64,000 nucleotides of DNA from Acidobacteriota bacterium (GTDB taxonomy: Bacteria; Acidobacteriota; Vicinamibacteria; Vicinamibacterales; Fen-181). This document shows, piece by piece, positions 17,288 through 28,325 of the stretch (its first letter is position 1; each line of letters starts with the position of its first letter). The position numbers and the translations under genes were made by a program. A model generated the notes under the pieces. It made no database searches. It saw only the letters and a list, made by a program, of their open reading frames with translations, and was not told the origin of the DNA. The stretch is from positions 5,940 through 69,939 of the forward strand of contig JADGOB010000004.1 in the NCBI GenBank assembly GCA_017883185.1. Direction: 5' to 3'.

Positions 17288-19327
17288 ATGTCGCGTTTTT
17301 ACCTGACGACCGCCATCGACTACGTCAACAGTCGGCCGCACCTTGGGACGGCCTACGAGAAGATCACGGCCGACGTGATCGCACGCTACAAGCGCTTGTG
17401 CGGGGTGCAGACGCATTTCGTGATGGGCAACGACGAGCACTCGCAGAACGTGCACCGCCGCGCCCGCGAACAGGGTCTCGACCCGCTCGACTACTGCAAC
17501 CAGATGGAGCAGGAGTTCCGCGACGTCTGGGCGCGGCTCGACGTGTCGTTCGACGACTTCATCCGGACGACCGAGGAGCGGCACCGCGTGGGCGTCAGCA
17601 CGATGATCCAGAGAATCGCGGACCGGGGCGACCTGTACGACGCGTTCTACGAGGGGCCCTACTGCGTCTCGTGCGAGGCGTTCAAGCCGGAGAAGGACCT
17701 GGCGGACGGGTTGTGCCCCGTCCACGGTATCAAGCCCGAATGGATCCGGGAGAAGAACCACTTCTTCCGCCTCTCGAACTATCGCGACGGGCTGCTCGAG
17801 CATTTTCACGCGCACCCCGAGTTCCTGCAGCCCGAGGTCCGGAGGAACGAGATCCTGCGCCTGCTCGAGGGGGGCCTCGAGGACATCTCCATCAGCCGTG
17901 CGGGTCAGTTGTGGGGCATTCCGATCCCGTTCGATCCCGCCAGCGTGGTGTACGTGTGGTTCGATGCCCTGATCAACTACGCCTCCGCTGTGGGCTACGG
18001 TCGCGACCAGGCCACGTTCGAGCGTTGGTGGCCCGCCGATCTCCACGTGATCGGCAAGGACATCACGCGCTTTCACTGCGTCATCTGGCCGGCCATGCTG
18101 ATGAGCGCCGGTCTGCCGCTGCCGCGCCAGGTCTTTGGGCACGGGTTCGTCCACTTCAAGGGCCAGAAGATGAGCAAGTCGCTCGGGACCGTGCTCGACC
18201 CGATCGACGCCGCGGAGAAATTTGGCGCAGATCCGCTGCGCCTGTATCTGGTGAAGGAAATTCCTTACGGCCAGGACGGCGACTTCTCGTGGGATCGGTT
18301 CGAAGAACGCTACAACGTGGATCTGGCGAACAACCTGGGCAACCTGGTAAACAGGTTGGCCGTCATGACGGACAAGTACCGCCAAGGTCGTTTGCCCGCG
18401 ACGCCCGGCGCGCCGGGGCGGCTGGCCGGCGTGGCAGAACACGTCGTGCGGCGCTACCGCGCCGCCATGGACGTGTATGCGCTCCACGAGGCGGCATTTG
18501 CGGCGTTTGGCCTGGTGGACGCGGCCAACGAGTACATCGCCGAAACCGAGCCGTGGACGCTGGCCAGACAGGGGCAGCAGGAACGACTGACGCAGGTCTT
18601 GTCCGACGTCGTGGAGGCGGTGAGGATTGCGGCGGTCCTGTTGCTGCCGGTCATGCCCGGATCGTGCGCGGAGATCCTGCGCCGCATGGGCGAGACGCGC
18701 GCGCCGAAAGAACTGCGGCTGGACGTTGATGCGGTGTGGTCGGGCGCCACCGAGCGCGTGGTCACGAAGGCCGAACCGCTCTGGCCGCGGCTCGAGGCCG
18801 CGCCGGTTCCCGCCGCCACGGCCGCTACCCGGAAAGAGGAAAAGACGATGAATGACCAACCGACGGCCCAGCTGCCCGTACCCGTTCAGGCGGCGATGCT
18901 TGCCGTTCCCGCGACGCTGGCCGCGCCTGAGGCTGCCTCGCCGACACCGGCCGCGCCTGCGCCTGCCGCGGCGACGTCCGCCGCTGCGGCGCCAGAGGGC
19001 GACAAGATTCCGATCGAGGATTTCATCAAGGTCGATCTTCGCGTCGCGAAGGTCCTGGCGGCCGAGAAGGTCAAGGGTTCGAAGAAACTGATCAAGATGC
19101 AGATCGACGTCGGCACCGAGCAACGGACGATCGTCGCCGGCATCGCCGAAGCCTACGAACCCGAAGCGCTCGTCGGGCGGTCGGTCGTGATCGTCGCCAA
19201 CCTGAAACCGGCGAAGCTGATGGGAATCGAATCGAACGGGATGGTGCTGGCGGCCAGTCCCGAGGCCGGCCTGCCCACCCTGCTCGGCTTCGAGAATCCG
19301 CCGCCGCCCGGAAGCCGGGTCAAGTGA
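17288..19327 (+). CDS. metG: Methionine--tRNA ligase with a C-terminal EMAP/Trbp111-like tRNA-binding domain
   Basis: N-terminus YLTTAIDYVNSRPHLGTAYE, zinc knuckle CVSCEAF...CPVHG, KMSKS motif, and C-terminus IEDFIKVDLRVAKVLAAEKVKGSKKLIKMQIDVG. Confidence 0.95.
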   Translation: MSRFYLTTAIDYVNSRPHLGTAYEKITADVIARYKRLCGVQTHFVMGNDEHSQNVHRRAREQGLDPLDYCNQMEQEFRDVWARLDVSFDDFIRTTEERHRVGVSTMIQRIADRGDLYDAFYEGPYCVSCEAFKPEKDLADGLCPVHGIKPEWIREKNHFFRLSNYRDGLLEHFHAHPEFLQPEVRRNEILRLLEGGLEDISISRAGQLWGIPIPFDPASVVYVWFDALINYASAVGYGRDQATFERWWPADLHVIGKDITRFHCVIWPAMLMSAGLPLPRQVFGHGFVHFKGQKMSKSLGTVLDPIDAAEKFGADPLRLYLVKEIPYGQDGDFSWDRFEERYNVDLANNLGNLVNRLAVMTDKYRQGRLPATPGAPGRLAGVAEHVVRRYRAAMDVYALHEAAFAAFGLVDAANEYIAETEPWTLARQGQQERLTQVLSDVVEAVRIAAVLLLPVMPGSCAEILRRMGETRAPKELRLDVDAVWSGATERVVTKAEPLWPRLEAAPVPAATAATRKEEKTMNDQPTAQLPVPVQAAMLAVPATLAAPEAASPTPAAPAPAAATSAAAAPEGDKIPIEDFIKVDLRVAKVLAAEKVKGSKKLIKMQIDVGTEQRTIVAGIAEAYEPEALVGRSVVIVANLKPAKLMGIESNGMVLAASPEAGLPTLLGFENPPPPGSRVK

Positions 19328-20103
19328 TTGACAGCCACTGTCATCTCGCCGACCCGGCATTCGCCGGGGACCTCGACCAGGTGGTGCGCCGCGCGCACGA
19401 CGCGGGTGTGTCCGACGGGCTCTGCATCCTGGCGTTCGGGGATGCCGCCGAATCGGCGCAAGCCGCAAGGGTGCGGGCGGCGTGGCCAGGGGTGAAGTTC
19501 GCCATCGGCGTCCACCCGCACCAGGCTCACGAGTTTGCCGGTCGGGAGGGCGAGGTGACAGCCGCCGTCAGGAGCGCGCTTTCCAACGAACTCGGCGTGC
19601 GGGCGATCGGCGAGATCGGTCTCGACTACCACTACGATCTTTCGCCGCGCGACGTCCAGCGCGAGGTGTTCCGGGCGCAAGTCCGGCTGGCGCGGGAGAC
19701 GGGTCTGCCGGTAGTCGTGCATACGAGGGAGGCCGACGAGGACACGGTGTCAATCCTCCGTGATGAAGGGGCCGGCGAGGTGCGCGGCATCTTTCACTGC
19801 TTCTCCGGCACCGAACAGTTGGCACGGGAGGCGCTCGATCTCGGCTTCCTGCTGTCGTTCTCGGGGATGGTGACGTTTCCGAAGGCACAGTCGATCAGGA
19901 CGATCGCGGCAGAGGTGCCGGCGGACCGGCTGCTCGCGGAAACCGACTGCCCGTACCTGGCTCCGGTGCCCATGAGAGGACGGCGAAACGAGCCGGCGTG
20001 GGTCGCCCGGACCGCCGCGACACTGGCCGAGGTTCGACGCGTCGCGGTCAACGAACTGGACCGCGTGATGACCAGCAACTTCGCCAGACTGCTCGGTGCG
20101 TGA
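19324..20103 (+). CDS. tatD: TatD-family metal-dependent hydrolase/DNase
   Basis: Motifs IDSHCHL, IGEIGLDYHYD and VVHTREADEDT. The start overlaps the metG stop. Confidence 0.9.
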   Translation: MIDSHCHLADPAFAGDLDQVVRRAHDAGVSDGLCILAFGDAAESAQAARVRAAWPGVKFAIGVHPHQAHEFAGREGEVTAAVRSALSNELGVRAIGEIGLDYHYDLSPRDVQREVFRAQVRLARETGLPVVVHTREADEDTVSILRDEGAGEVRGIFHCFSGTEQLAREALDLGFLLSFSGMVTFPKAQSIRTIAAEVPADRLLAETDCPYLAPVPMRGRRNEPAWVARTAATLAEVRRVAVNELDRVMTSNFARLLGA

Positions 20104-20151
20104 GCGCGTCAGCCCGCCCGGTTCGAGCATGGCCGGACGCGGGTTGGCGCG

Positions 20152-23255
<3,104 letters not shown>

Positions 23256-23258
23256 CCC

Positions 23259-24644
23259 ATGAAATCCCGCATCCTGGTGATCGACGATGAGGCAGCCATC
23301 CGCGATTCGCTGCGGATGATCATCGAGTACGAGGGCTACGAGTTCATTGGGGCCTCGTCGGGACCAGACGGCATCACGCTGGCCGAGCGCGAGTCGCCGG
23401 ACCTCGTCCTTCTCGACATCAAGATGCCTGGCATGGACGGGTTCGAGGTGCTGGAGCGGATCAAGGCGATCTCGGACGTGCCGGTGGTGATGATCTCCGG
23501 GCACGGGACGGGGGCGACGGGCGCTGACGCCGTCCGGCGCGGCGCCTTCGATTTCATCGACAAGCCGCCCGACACCGACCGCCTCCTGGTCACCATTCGC
23601 AACGCGCTCGAACGGCGCCGCATCACCGACGAAGTGCACGCGCTGCGGCGCGCCGTGGAAGTGAAACACGAGATGGTGGGCAGTTCGGCGCAGATCCGGC
23701 AGGTGATGGAGGCCGTGCGCCGGGCCGCGCCGACCAACGCCACCGTGCTGATCCAGGGCGAGAGCGGCGTCGGCAAGGAACTGGTGGCCCGCGCGATTCA
23801 CCGGAACAGCCTGCGGAGCCGCGAGCGCTTCGTGCAGGTGAACTGCGCGGCCATCCCGGAGGAGTTGATCGAGTCGGAGTTGTTCGGCCACGAGAAGGGG
23901 TCGTTCACGGGCGCGACCGAGAAGCAGATCGGCAAGTTCGAGCAGGCCGACCGCGGGACAGTCTTCCTGGATGAAGTGGGCGACATGAGCCTGAAGACCC
24001 AGGCGAAGGTGCTGCGGGTCCTCCAGGAAGGCGAGGTCGAACGCGTCGGGTCGGCGCGGACGATTCGCGTGGACGTGCGGGTGATCGCCGCGACCAACAA
24101 GGACCTCGAGCGGGAGATCGAGAAGGGGAACTTCCGCGAGGACCTGTTCTTCCGCCTGAGCGTCATCCCGATCTCGGTGCCGCCGCTCCGGGAACGCGTC
24201 GAGGATATTCCGATCCTCGTCCAGCATTTCCTGGATGCGCTCGCGCGCGAGAACAACTTCAGGCGCAGGCGCATTGCGCCGCAGGCGATGGAGGCGCTGC
24301 AGCGGCAACGGTGGAAGGGCAACATCCGCGAGTTGCGCAACACGGTGGAGCGCTGCATCATCATGACGACGGGCGATACGATCGACCTGGCCGACCTTCC
24401 CGAGGCGCTGCGGTTTGACGGTCGCCTCCCGGCAACCGATAATGAGGGAGAGGCGAAGGCGGGTGCGGCCGCCACGCTGCGGGAATTCAAGGAATCGTCG
24501 GAGCGAACGTTCCTGGTGCAGCGGCTTCGCGAGAACGCGTGGAACATCTCGAGGACGGCCGAAGTGATTGGAACGCCGCGCAGCAATCTGTACAAGAAGC
24601 TCGAGTTCTACAAGATCAGCCAGGAATCGGACGGGTCGCGGTGA
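23259..24644 (+). CDS. Sigma-54-dependent response regulator (NtrC family: receiver + AAA+ + Fis-type HTH)
   Basis: Receiver ILVIDDE...LVLLDIKMPGMDG, Walker A GESGVGKE, sigma-54 contact loop ELFGHEKGSFTGA, and HTH NISRTAEVIGTPRSNLYKKL. Confidence 0.9.
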   Translation: MKSRILVIDDEAAIRDSLRMIIEYEGYEFIGASSGPDGITLAERESPDLVLLDIKMPGMDGFEVLERIKAISDVPVVMISGHGTGATGADAVRRGAFDFIDKPPDTDRLLVTIRNALERRRITDEVHALRRAVEVKHEMVGSSAQIRQVMEAVRRAAPTNATVLIQGESGVGKELVARAIHRNSLRSRERFVQVNCAAIPEELIESELFGHEKGSFTGATEKQIGKFEQADRGTVFLDEVGDMSLKTQAKVLRVLQEGEVERVGSARTIRVDVRVIAATNKDLEREIEKGNFREDLFFRLSVIPISVPPLRERVEDIPILVQHFLDALARENNFRRRRIAPQAMEALQRQRWKGNIRELRNTVERCIIMTTGDTIDLADLPEALRFDGRLPATDNEGEAKAGAAATLREFKESSERTFLVQRLRENAWNISRTAEVIGTPRSNLYKKLEFYKISQESDGSR

Positions 24645-24680
24645 GAGTGGGACCGTCGCCCGTCGCTCTTTGACAATTTG

Positions 24681-25125
24681 CCGCAGGAAGCCAGACGACC
24701 GCCGCGCACCGGTTGTCTCGCGGCGCTCGCGCCGCGGGAAACGCCGGGGCGGGGAGGAAAGTCCGAACTCCGTAGGGCAGTGCGCCGGGTAACGCCCGGT
24801 CAGGGTGACCTGAAGGAAAGTGGCACAGAAAATATACCGCCCTGAGCGAGCCGTGCCGGCCGAAAGGCTGGTGCGGCGAGTCGAAGGGTAAGGGTGAAAA
24901 GGTGCGGTAAGAGCGCACCGCGCCGACGGCAACGTTGGTGGCAGGCAAAACCCCGCACGGAGCAAGACCAAATAGGGAGGCGTTATCAGGACGGCCCGTC
25001 CGAAGCCTCCGGGTAGGTCGCTTGATCCCGCCAGTGATGGCGGGGCTAGAGGAATGGTCGTCCCGCCATAGCCAGCCGTCAGGCTGGCGAGGGCGGACAG
25101 AACTCGGCTTACGGCTTCTCTGCGG
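24681..25125 (+). ncRNA. rnpB: RNase P RNA, bacterial type A
   Basis: Collinear with E. coli M1 RNA landmarks: GGAAGCCAGACGACCGCCGC, GGGGAGGAAAGUCCGAACUCCGUAGGGCAG, GGGUAACGCCC, GUAAGGGUGAAAAGGUGCGGUAAGAGCGCACCGCGC, CGGAGCAAGACCAAAUAGGGAGG, CGGCCCGUCC, GGGUAGGUCGCUUGA, GGACAGAACUCGGCUUACGGCUUC. The P1 stem pairs CCGCAGGAAGCC with GGCUUCUCUGCGG. The ends are good to about 10 nt. Confidence 0.93.
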
Positions 25126-25145
25126 CGCTTTTCTCAGTACTATAA

Positions 25146-25223
25146 CCCTGGCTTCTGAACCCTGAATCCTGAATCCTGATTCCTGGACCCTGACTGACTC
25201 CCGACTCCTGAATCCTGACTCCT
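25146..25223. repeat. Degenerate heptamer tandem array (CCTGAAT / CCTGATT / CCTGACT units, about 9 copies)
   Basis: Read directly: ...aaccctgaatcctgaatcctgattcctggaccctgactgactcccgactcctgaatcctgactcc... It lies between rnpB and the epimerase gene and is a local low-GC island. Confidence 0.8.
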
Positions 25224-25243
25224 TGTTCATTGGATCGACATCT

Positions 25244-26188
25244 ATGTCCCTCTACCTTGTGACCGGCGGCGCCGGCTTCATCGGCTCGCACCTGTCTGAA
25301 GAACTTGTTCGCCGCGGCGAACGCGTGCGCGTCGTGGACAGCCTGATCACGGGCAAGCGCGCGAACCTGGCGCACGTGCCAGGCGTCGAGTTCCTCGAGG
25401 GCGACCTTTCGGACGTGGACGTAGCGCACCGCGCCGTGGCTGGCGTGGACTACGTGCTCCACCAGGCGGCCATCCCCTCGGTGCCGCGGTCGGTGAGCGA
25501 CCCTATCACCTCGAACCGATCGAACATCGACGCGACGCTGAACGTCCTCGTCGCCTCGCGCGACGCCGGCGTCAAGCGCCTCGTCTACGCCGGGTCGTCG
25601 TCGGCCTATGGAGACACACCCACGCTCCCGAAGCACGAGGAGATGCCGACCAGGCCGCTGTCGCCGTACGCGCTCCAGAAGCTGGTGGGCGAGCAGTACC
25701 TCGCGCTGTTCACGAAACTCTACGGGCTCGACACCGTCACGACCCGCTATTTCAACGTGTTCGGGCCGCGCCAGGACCCCTCGTCGCCCTACTCTGGCGT
25801 GATCTCGCTCTTCATCAGCGCGCTGGTGGACGGGCGTCAGCCGATTATCTACGGCGACGGCGGCCAGACGCGCGACTTCACCTACGTCGCCAACGTCGTG
25901 GACGGCGTCCTTCGCGCGTGCCACGCCCCCGGGATCGCCGGGGAGATGATGAACGTGGCCACGGGGGGGCGCATCAGCCTGAATGAGCTGCTGGCCACCA
26001 TGTGCGACCTGCTGGAGGTCCAGACGGAGACCATTTACCGCGAGCTACGGGCTGGCGACGTTCGCGACTCGCAGGCAGACATCAGCCGGGCGAAGCAGTT
26101 GATCGGCTACGTGCCGCTGGTGGATCTCCGCGAGGGGCTCGAGCGGACGCTGGCGTGGTATCGAGGCGCTGAGGTCGCGAGCCGCTAG
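25244..26188 (+). CDS. NAD-dependent sugar-nucleotide epimerase (UDP-hexose / UDP-HexNAc 4-epimerase-like SDR)
   Basis: Start at MSLYLVTGGAGFIGSHL, catalytic YxxxK (YALQK), and C-terminus DVRDSQADISRAKQLIGY. Confidence 0.9.
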   Translation: MSLYLVTGGAGFIGSHLSEELVRRGERVRVVDSLITGKRANLAHVPGVEFLEGDLSDVDVAHRAVAGVDYVLHQAAIPSVPRSVSDPITSNRSNIDATLNVLVASRDAGVKRLVYAGSSSAYGDTPTLPKHEEMPTRPLSPYALQKLVGEQYLALFTKLYGLDTVTTRYFNVFGPRQDPSSPYSGVISLFISALVDGRQPIIYGDGGQTRDFTYVANVVDGVLRACHAPGIAGEMMNVATGGRISLNELLATMCDLLEVQTETIYRELRAGDVRDSQADISRAKQLIGYVPLVDLREGLERTLAWYRGAEVASR

Positions 26189-26660
26189 CGTCGGACCACC
26201 AAGCTGCTTTCGGCTCTGGGCTTCCTGCGTGTGGCGCCGGGAGCCCAATGCTCGCCGTTCCAGGCCTCCGGTCGTGGGCGCCACCAGCGGCCGGCGTCCG
26301 GGGCTTGGCCCCGCTGGTAACCTCGGTTTCCCTCCATCGAACCGCCGTTGCCTCTCTGATTCTCAGAAATCACGGCAAATCCATCCGACCCTGGTGCCGC
26401 GGGTAACTCCGGTAGCCGTTTCTCGCGGGCTCTCCAGCCCCGACTTCGTCTTGCTGCCGGTTGGATGCCAGGAACTGATTCAAATCCAACATGTTATGGC
26501 TGCGCTCCTGATCGTGGCCCGCTGGCTTTGGTCTTGCCTTCACCTGGGTGACCCCGGCGGAACCGAGCGGCGGTGCCCGACCTCGAACCGACGCCGGGTG
26601 GCCGACCGGGGTCATCACTGCAGGACGAGGATTCTCGTTTCACTTCGAGAAGGAGGAACC

Positions 26661-26990
26661 ATGTATCGACTGCATGTCGGAGCGGCCCTGGTGTTGGCCG
26701 TGCTGCTCGCGGCCCCGCTGGCACTGGCGGAGCAGGCCAGCCCCGCGAAGGCGGCGCCCGGAGCGGTGGTCAACATCAACACGGCCACGGCGGAGCAACT
26801 CGATGGGCTGCCAGGGATCGGCGTGAAGATGGCGGCCCGCATCATCGACTACCGGCAGAAGAACGGCGGCTTCAAGAAGCTGGAAGACTTGATGAGCATT
26901 CAGGGAATTGGCGAGAAGAACTTTCTCAAGCTGAAGCCGCTCATTACGATCGGCCAACCCAAGACAGAGAAAGGGAACCAGAGTCAGTAG
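26661..26990 (+). CDS. comEA: ComEA-like periplasmic helix-hairpin-helix DNA-binding protein
   Basis: RBS aggagga at 26651..26657 precedes the ATG at 26661. The signal peptide is MYRLHVGAALVLAVLLAAPLALA and the HhH core is VNINTATAEQLDGLPGIGVKMAARIIDYRQKNGGFKKLEDLMSIQGIGEKNF. The upstream part of the track ORF (from 26229) is not protein-like. Confidence 0.8.
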   Translation: MYRLHVGAALVLAVLLAAPLALAEQASPAKAAPGAVVNINTATAEQLDGLPGIGVKMAARIIDYRQKNGGFKKLEDLMSIQGIGEKNFLKLKPLITIGQPKTEKGNQSQ

Positions 26991-27166
26991 GCATCCCGGC
27001 TCGCCGAGCCTCCGGGGGACGCCGAATGATTCGAACTGCGCCGGGAACGGACGGGCATTGCCGGAGACAGGGTCGCCGAATGGTCCTCGCGTCTCTGCCA
27101 GGACCTGCGCTTCTGCCGCCCGCCGGCCGTGATCCGGGTGCCCGTCGTTCCGGGGAGGGCAGGACT

Positions 27167-27748
27167 ATGCACCGCGCTGCCTACTCTGTTCTCGAGCTAC
27201 TCGTCTGCCTCGCGCTCGCGCTGGTCGTCTGCGGGAGCGCCGCGCCGGTATTGATCGCTTCGCGAGATGGGGTGCGGGCAATCGGGGCAACGGACTTCCT
27301 TGTGGCACAACTGCATGCAGCCCGCATGGAAGCGCTCAAGCGCCGGTCGCACGTCGCTCTGCGCTTCGAAACGGATGGTGACGACTACCTGCTGGCGGTC
27401 TACGTGGACGGTAACGGGAACGGGATCCGCGCCAGCGACATCATCGCTGGCATTGATAGCCTGCTACGCCCCCGCGAGCGGCTCGACCAGCAGTTCGCCG
27501 GGGTCGGGTTCGGGTTCGAAGACGGCGTGCCCGACGTGGACGGCACCGATGCGCTCGACAACCGGGACCCGATTCGCGTCGGCCGCAGCCGGATGCTCTC
27601 CTTCAGTCCCACCGGAACCTCCAGCACGGGCACCGTCTATCTCCACGGAAGAGGACGAAGACAGCTGGCGGTGCGAGTGCTGGGCGGAACGGGGCGCATC
27701 CGAAGCCTGACTTTCGATTTCGGAGCACAACGATGGCAGCCGCGATGA
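27167..27748 (+). CDS. FimT/GspH-family minor (pseudo)pilin
   Basis: Class III signal-like N-terminus MHRAA/YSVLELLVCLALALVV with Glu at +5. GspH-type helix FLVAQLHAARMEALKRRSHVALRF. C-terminal strand LAVRVLGGTGRIRS. Confidence 0.75.
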   Translation: MHRAAYSVLELLVCLALALVVCGSAAPVLIASRDGVRAIGATDFLVAQLHAARMEALKRRSHVALRFETDGDDYLLAVYVDGNGNGIRASDIIAGIDSLLRPRERLDQQFAGVGFGFEDGVPDVDGTDALDNRDPIRVGRSRMLSFSPTGTSSTGTVYLHGRGRRQLAVRVLGGTGRIRSLTFDFGAQRWQPR

Positions 27749-28215
27749 CGTTCGGGGGGCCGCGTGACGCTGCGACCAGCCACGCCGAACGACGGCGGTT
27801 CCGACGGATTGGGGAGGCCGAGCAGTGTGCCGCAGCGGGTGCCAGGCTGCGACCGGGCAGGGACGTGTCGATCCTCAACGTCTCCAGGGGAGGCGCGTGT
27901 ATAGAGGCGGCATCCCGCGTCTTGCCCGATACCCGGGTCGAACTGCAGGTGACGGTATCGGCCTGGCGGTGGGCTGTCGGCGCCCATGTGCTCCGCTGTC
28001 ATGTGTCGGCGCTCGTCGAGGATCAAGGCGCCAGGTATCGGGCCGCTTTGCAGTTCGAACGGTCAATGGATGCAGACGTCGAGGCGCAACTGCGCAAGGC
28101 GCTCGCCGAGGTGGGGGGCGAAGGAGGACCGCGCGGGTATCAAGTTCCCATCAAGGGGCATCGCGATCCTAGGGAGTTGGGAACTTTCTACCCTGGACGT
28201 GGGACCGCACTATGA
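27745..28215 (+). CDS. PilZ domain protein (c-di-GMP receptor candidate)
   Basis: PilZ motifs RRRFRR (RxxxR) and ILNVSRGGA (N-x-S-x-x-G) have the expected spacing. The ATG at 27745 overlaps the pilin TGA (ATGA). The in-frame alternative ATG at 27733 is equally possible. Confidence 0.7.
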   Translation: MTFGGPRDAATSHAERRRFRRIGEAEQCAAAGARLRPGRDVSILNVSRGGACIEAASRVLPDTRVELQVTVSAWRWAVGAHVLRCHVSALVEDQGARYRAALQFERSMDADVEAQLRKALAEVGGEGGPRGYQVPIKGHRDPRELGTFYPGRGTAL

Positions 28216-28266
28216 AGGAACGCCCAATTTCGGAAGAAAACGGGACGCTGGGCTTCGCTGACGAGG

Positions 28267-28282
28267 TGGCACAAAAATTGAT
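28267..28282 (+). promoter_or_regulatory. Sigma-54-type -24/-12 promoter candidate TGGCAC-aaaaa-TTGAT
   Basis: There is a perfect -24 hexamer TGGCAC, exact N5 spacing, and a -12 element TTGA in place of TTGC. It sits in an AT-rich patch 44 nt upstream of GGAGG-N5-ATG (28326), between the PilZ stop (28215) and the proposed EBP start. Confidence 0.45.
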
Positions 28283-28325
28283 ACTCACGCCACCACCGGC
28301 GTTCTCGACAATTCCGGAGGCCACG

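Noticed and set aside
24670-24675. A perfect TTGACA just upstream of rnpB as its -35 box.
   Set aside because: No acceptable -10 follows at 16-19 nt spacing, and a start there would fall inside the P1 stem. It is probably coincidental.
24616-25230. ORFs overlapping the rnpB region (24616..25230 minus, 24568..24792 plus, 24935..25165 plus).
   Set aside because: The region is collinear with bacterial RNase P RNA over its whole length, and the translated products are low-complexity.
26354-26490. A TPP-riboswitch-like CUGAGA and pyrimidine-sensor-like sequence on the minus strand of the 26.2-26.6 kb gap.
   Set aside because: The order and spacing of the elements are wrong for the TPP aptamer and other core nucleotides are missing.
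26229-26660. N-terminal extensions of track ORFs: 26229 for comEA, 26573 for the FimT-like gene, 15554 for larC, 9730 and 6046 for the GT4 genes, 35729..36841 for the racemase, 59197 and 59637 for the pseudopilins, 38216 for tsaE, and 34099 for gcvPB.
   Set aside because: The extensions overlap upstream genes or non-protein-like sequence. Internal starts give canonical family N-termini, often with an SD sequence or a stop-start overlap.
27407-27439. The DGNGNGIRASD loop in the FimT-like pilin as a dockerin or EF-hand partner for the cohesin-like secretin tail.
   Set aside because: It is a single loop, not the duplicated dockerin repeat. Residue spacing is off by one relative to DxNxDGxxxxxD. 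Calcium-binding loops are common in pseudopilins.
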